64,000 bases of DNA from Campylobacteraceae bacterium (GTDB taxonomy: Bacteria; Campylobacterota; Campylobacteria; Campylobacterales; Campylobacteraceae): contig JBKECC010000082.1 of the NCBI GenBank assembly GCA_047974135.1, forward strand, positions 1,391 through 65,390, written 5' to 3'. Below the pieces are notes generated by a model. That model searched no databases. It was not told the DNA's origin and was given only the letters and a program-made list of their open reading frames with translations. Every line of letters starts with the position of its first letter. Within the stretch, counting starts at the first letter, position 1. This document shows, one piece after another, positions 61,381 through 64,000 of the stretch. The translations under genes and the position numbers were made by a program.

Positions 61381-61844
61381 TAGAAGTTGGAAAAGAAGCA
61401 CCACTTTTTTGTTTACCAAATCAAGATGATGTAGAGATTTGCCTTAGAGATTTAAAAGGAAAGTGGGTGATTTTGTACTTTTATCCAAAAGACAATACAC
61501 CAGGATGTACAACAGAAGCTTGTGAATTTAGCGCGAGTTTGCCAAACTTTGAAGACTTAAATGCTGTTATTGTGGGCATTAGTCCTGATAGCACAAAATC
61601 TCATCAAAAATTTATAGAAAAAAAAGATTTAAAATTCACACTTTTGAGTGATGAAAAAAATGAAGTATCAACTTTATATGATGTTTGGAAACTCAAAAAA
61701 CTTTATGGACGCGAATATATGGGCATTGAACGCTCCACTTTTCTTGTAGACCCAAAAGGAAAAGTAGCTTATATTTGGCGAAAAGTTAAAGTTAATGGAC
61801 ATGTTAGTGAAGTTGGAAAAATATTAAGTGGATTGCAAAAGTAG
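61377..61844 (+). CDS. bcp: second Bcp-type peroxiredoxin paralog
   Basis: YPKDNTPGCTTEAC. About half the residues are identical to the upstream bcp by eye. Confidence 0.85.
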   Translation: MIEVGKEAPLFCLPNQDDVEICLRDLKGKWVILYFYPKDNTPGCTTEACEFSASLPNFEDLNAVIVGISPDSTKSHQKFIEKKDLKFTLLSDEKNEVSTLYDVWKLKKLYGREYMGIERSTFLVDPKGKVAYIWRKVKVNGHVSEVGKILSGLQK

Positions 61845-62552
61845 ATGAGCAAAGAGAGCATTTTACAAAACATTGATGAAGTTTTGAAAAGGATAGAGCT
61901 TGTTTGCAAAAATTGTGGCAGAAACAAAGAGGAAGTAAAACTCCTTCTTGCCACAAAAACAGTAAGTAGCGATGATATAAAAATAGCGCTAAGTTCGGGA
62001 CAAACTCTAATTGCCGAAAACAAAGTCCAAGAGTTAAAAAGCAAATATGAAGACTTAAAAGATGTTTTACATGTAAACCATTTCATCGGACATTTGCAGA
62101 CAAATAAAATCAAAGATATTTTAAAGTGCGATGTAAAGTGCATCGAATCAGTTGACAGACTTGACCTTGCTTTGAAACTTCATGAAAAGCTAAAAGCTGA
62201 TGGCAAAACCATGGAGATTTTTATAGAAGTTAACACTTCAGGTGAAGCAAGTAAGTTTGGAGTAGAGTTAAAAGATGCTGTTAGTTTAGCCAAAGAGATT
62301 TCAAAGCTTGACTCTTTACATGTAAAAGGTTTGATGACTATAGGACTTTTTAGTGATGATGAGGTAAAAGTAAGAGAGTGTTTTAAAAAACTAAAAAATC
62401 TTCTAACAACTATAAAAGCTTTAAATTTGCCAAATTTTGATTTAAAAGAACTCTCTATGGGAATGAGTGGAGATTTAGAAATCGCCATAGAAGAGGGCTC
62501 AACTATCGTTCGTGTTGGAAGTGCTATATTTGGAGCAAGAAATTATCATTAA
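61845..62552 (+). CDS. yggS: YggS-family PLP homeostasis protein
   Basis: Alanine-racemase N-terminal-like fold with GHLQTNK motif. Confidence 0.8.
   Translation: MSKESILQNIDEVLKRIELVCKNCGRNKEEVKLLLATKTVSSDDIKIALSSGQTLIAENKVQELKSKYEDLKDVLHVNHFIGHLQTNKIKDILKCDVKCIESVDRLDLALKLHEKLKADGKTMEIFIEVNTSGEASKFGVELKDAVSLAKEISKLDSLHVKGLMTIGLFSDDEVKVRECFKKLKNLLTTIKALNLPNFDLKELSMGMSGDLEIAIEEGSTIVRVGSAIFGARNYH
62066..62077. repeat. palindrome TTTACATGTAAA (12/12)
   Basis: Inside yggS, read as LHVN. Confidence 0.9.
62315..62326. repeat. palindrome TTTACATGTAAA (12/12)
   Basis: Inside yggS, read as LHVK. Confidence 0.9.
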
Positions 62553-62555
62553 GCT

Positions 62556-62567
62556 TTTACATGTAAA
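62556..62567. repeat. palindrome TTTACATGTAAA (12/12)
   Basis: Starts 4 nt after the yggS stop and ends 3 nt before the convergent DMT stop. Confidence 0.9.
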
Positions 62568-62569
62568 AG

Positions 62570-63448
62570 CTATTTTCCCTTAAAATAGCCCATTCGGTTG
62601 ATGATATAAATAGCAAAGATATTTAAAAGCACACCAAAAATCATCCAAATACTTACACTCTCTCCTAAAAATATCGCTCCACAAAATATGGAAGAAAATG
62701 GCACTAAAAACATAAAGGAACTTACTTCACTGCTTCCAAGTTGCTTTGCTCCTAAAAAGAAAAAAGATGTAGCAAGAGAGGTGCTGACAACAGAAACACA
62801 AAGTAAATTTGCCCAAAATCTAAAGTCAGTTTTACTAAAATCAAACGAAGTTATATCTGAGAATGGAAAGCTTAAGATAGCTACAAAAAGATACATGTAA
62901 AAGGTAAAAATGACAGGACTTTTTGCATTTGAAAAAGAGCTCAAAATTGTCAAAACAGACCAAAGAAAAGCTCCTAAAACAAAGTATAAATTGTAGATAG
63001 TTAAGATTTTTTCCGTATCAAACTTCCAAATTCCAAGTATAAGCATCGAACCAATAAAACCCAAAAACAAAGCAAAAACATCTACTTTAAACATCTTTTT
63101 TTTAAAAAACAAAACAAGCAAAACAAAGGTAACGATTGGAGAGAGTGTGTTTATAAAACTTCCAGCAACCGAGGCTGTTCCAAGGCTTGTTCCTATAAAG
63201 ATAAGTGCAGTGTAGATAGATGTGATAAACCCAGCTACAAACGAGACAAAAAGCGTTCTTTTGGAGATTTTAAAGTCAAGTCTTAGGGCTAAAACTATGA
63301 AAAACGAAGCAACAGCACTCACAAAATACCGTAAAAATACCAACTCTTTCGTGCCTATATACTCATATAAAATCTTCATATTTGTCCACGACATACCCCA
63401 AGCGAGCATTGAAAAAAAGATGAGAATGTAAAAGTGATTTTTGCTCAA
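62570..63448 (-). CDS. DMT/EamA-family transporter
   Basis: 10-TM protein with two EamA-like halves. Confidence 0.7.
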   Translation of the reverse strand: MSKNHFYILIFFSMLAWGMSWTNMKILYEYIGTKELVFLRYFVSAVASFFIVLALRLDFKISKRTLFVSFVAGFITSIYTALIFIGTSLGTASVAGSFINTLSPIVTFVLLVLFFKKKMFKVDVFALFLGFIGSMLILGIWKFDTEKILTIYNLYFVLGAFLWSVLTILSSFSNAKSPVIFTFYMYLFVAILSFPFSDITSFDFSKTDFRFWANLLCVSVVSTSLATSFFFLGAKQLGSSEVSSFMFLVPFSSIFCGAIFLGESVSIWMIFGVLLNIFAIYIINRMGYFKGK

Positions 63449-63496
63449 AGAAACTTCTTTTTGTAAAATAGAGTTGTGATTTTATCCAAAATATGC

Positions 63497-63508
63497 TTTA
63501 CATGTAAA
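63497..63508. repeat. palindrome TTTACATGTAAA (12/12)
   Basis: Divergent DMT/queH promoter gap. Confidence 0.9.
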
Positions 63509-63547
63509 AAGAGTTGCTATAATTTTAAAAAATCAAAGAGAGTCCTT

Positions 63548-64000
63548 TTGCTAGTACATATCTGTTGTTCTGTTGATAGCCACTATTTTTTACAAAAGTT
63601 ACAAAAACTTTATCCTGATGAAAAACTTATTGGCTTTTTTTATGACCCAAATATCCATCCATATAGCGAGTACGCCCTTCGTTTTTTAGACGTTAAAAGA
63701 AGTTGTGATAAGCTTAAAATTTCTCTACTTGAAGGTGAGTATGACTTTGATGGTTGGCTTAATGCAGTAAAAGGCTTTGAAGATGAGCCAGAAAAGGGAA
63801 AAAGATGTGTCATCTGTTTTGATAACCGCTTAGAAGTAAGTGCAAAAAAAGCCAAAGAGTTAGGAGAAAAAACTCTCACAACAACGCTTTACATGAGTCC
63901 AAAAAAATCATACGAACAGTTAAATATAGCCGCAAAGAAAATAGAAAAAGAGTTTGACTTAAAAGTTTTGATGCCTGATTTTAGAAGTGGTGGTGGAACT
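63548..64000 (+). CDS. queH: epoxyqueuosine reductase QueH (DUF208), 3' end beyond window
   Basis: TTG start after RBS AAAGAGAG. N-terminal LLVHICCS...DPNIHPYSEY is typical of QueH. Missing from the ORF track because there is no ATG and it runs off the edge. Confidence 0.6.
   Translation, partial: MLVHICCSVDSHYFLQKLQKLYPDEKLIGFFYDPNIHPYSEYALRFLDVKRSCDKLKISLLEGEYDFDGWLNAVKGFEDEPEKGKRCVICFDNRLEVSAKKAKELGEKTLTTTLYMSPKKSYEQLNIAAKKIEKEFDLKVLMPDFRSGGGT

Noticed and set aside
2298-63508. The 12-bp palindrome as a MITE or IS-derived insertion
   Set aside because: It is too short to carry terminal inverted repeats and a target-site duplication. Intragenic copies align at equal length with homologs (UreG, TrxB), so substitution is favoured over insertion.
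2298-63508. The 12-bp palindrome as a rho-independent terminator
   Set aside because: The arms are 6-bp A/T-rich and contiguous with no loop, with no consistent downstream T-run. Many copies lie inside ORFs.
1-64000. CRISPR arrays, integrases, transposases or prophage blocks
   Set aside because: I saw no evenly spaced direct repeats with unique spacers, and none of the translated ORFs shows transposase or integrase motifs.
1-64000. Phase-variable homopolymeric G/C tracts
   Set aside because: The longest G or C runs I saw are 5 nt (8358, 25613), below the 8 nt or more typical of Campylobacterota contingency loci.

Overview
AT-rich Campylobacterota-type chromosomal segment (roughly 28-30% GC by eye). 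The gene order resembles Arcobacter/Aliarcobacter, but I cannot verify the taxon without a database search. Content in order: a truncated secreted protein and a small HTH gene; a CDF transporter; tRNA-Glu; nfo; a FadL-like outer-membrane protein, an acyl-CoA ligase, a NadC/ModD-like protein and an AAA ATPase; a complete 14-gene nuo operon of the epsilonproteobacterial type, with NuoE/F replaced by two small unrelated genes; a GNAT-like protein and a divergent OmpR-type response regulator; the urea ABC transporter urtABCDE, where urtC carries an in-frame TGA; a urease cluster ureD-like, fused ureAB, ureC, ureE, ureF, ureG; a RelE/ParE-type toxin-antitoxin cassette; miaA; a UbiA prenyltransferase; moaA, queE, queD; rsmE, rpmE, rsmI, a TrmH-family methylase; aminotransferase, hom, YraN, trxA, trxB, dapB, purF; a radical SAM gene; a TauE exporter; hisIE; an SPFH protein; ilvE; two bcp paralogs flanking a ClbS/DfsB-like gene; yggS; a DMT transporter; and the start of queH. 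The dominant unexplained signal is a perfect 12-bp palindrome, TTTACATGTAAA. I count 27 exact copies and 41 copies of its 10-bp core TTACATGTAA, far above the chance expectation of well under one. It occurs inside conserved genes, always in a reading frame that avoids its own TAA, and in intergenic DNA, often within 0-3 nt of stop codons. It looks like a highly iterated palindrome or uptake-signal-like system and is the main candidate for something new here. All coordinates and counts are hand-derived from the text and may be off by 1 nt in places.
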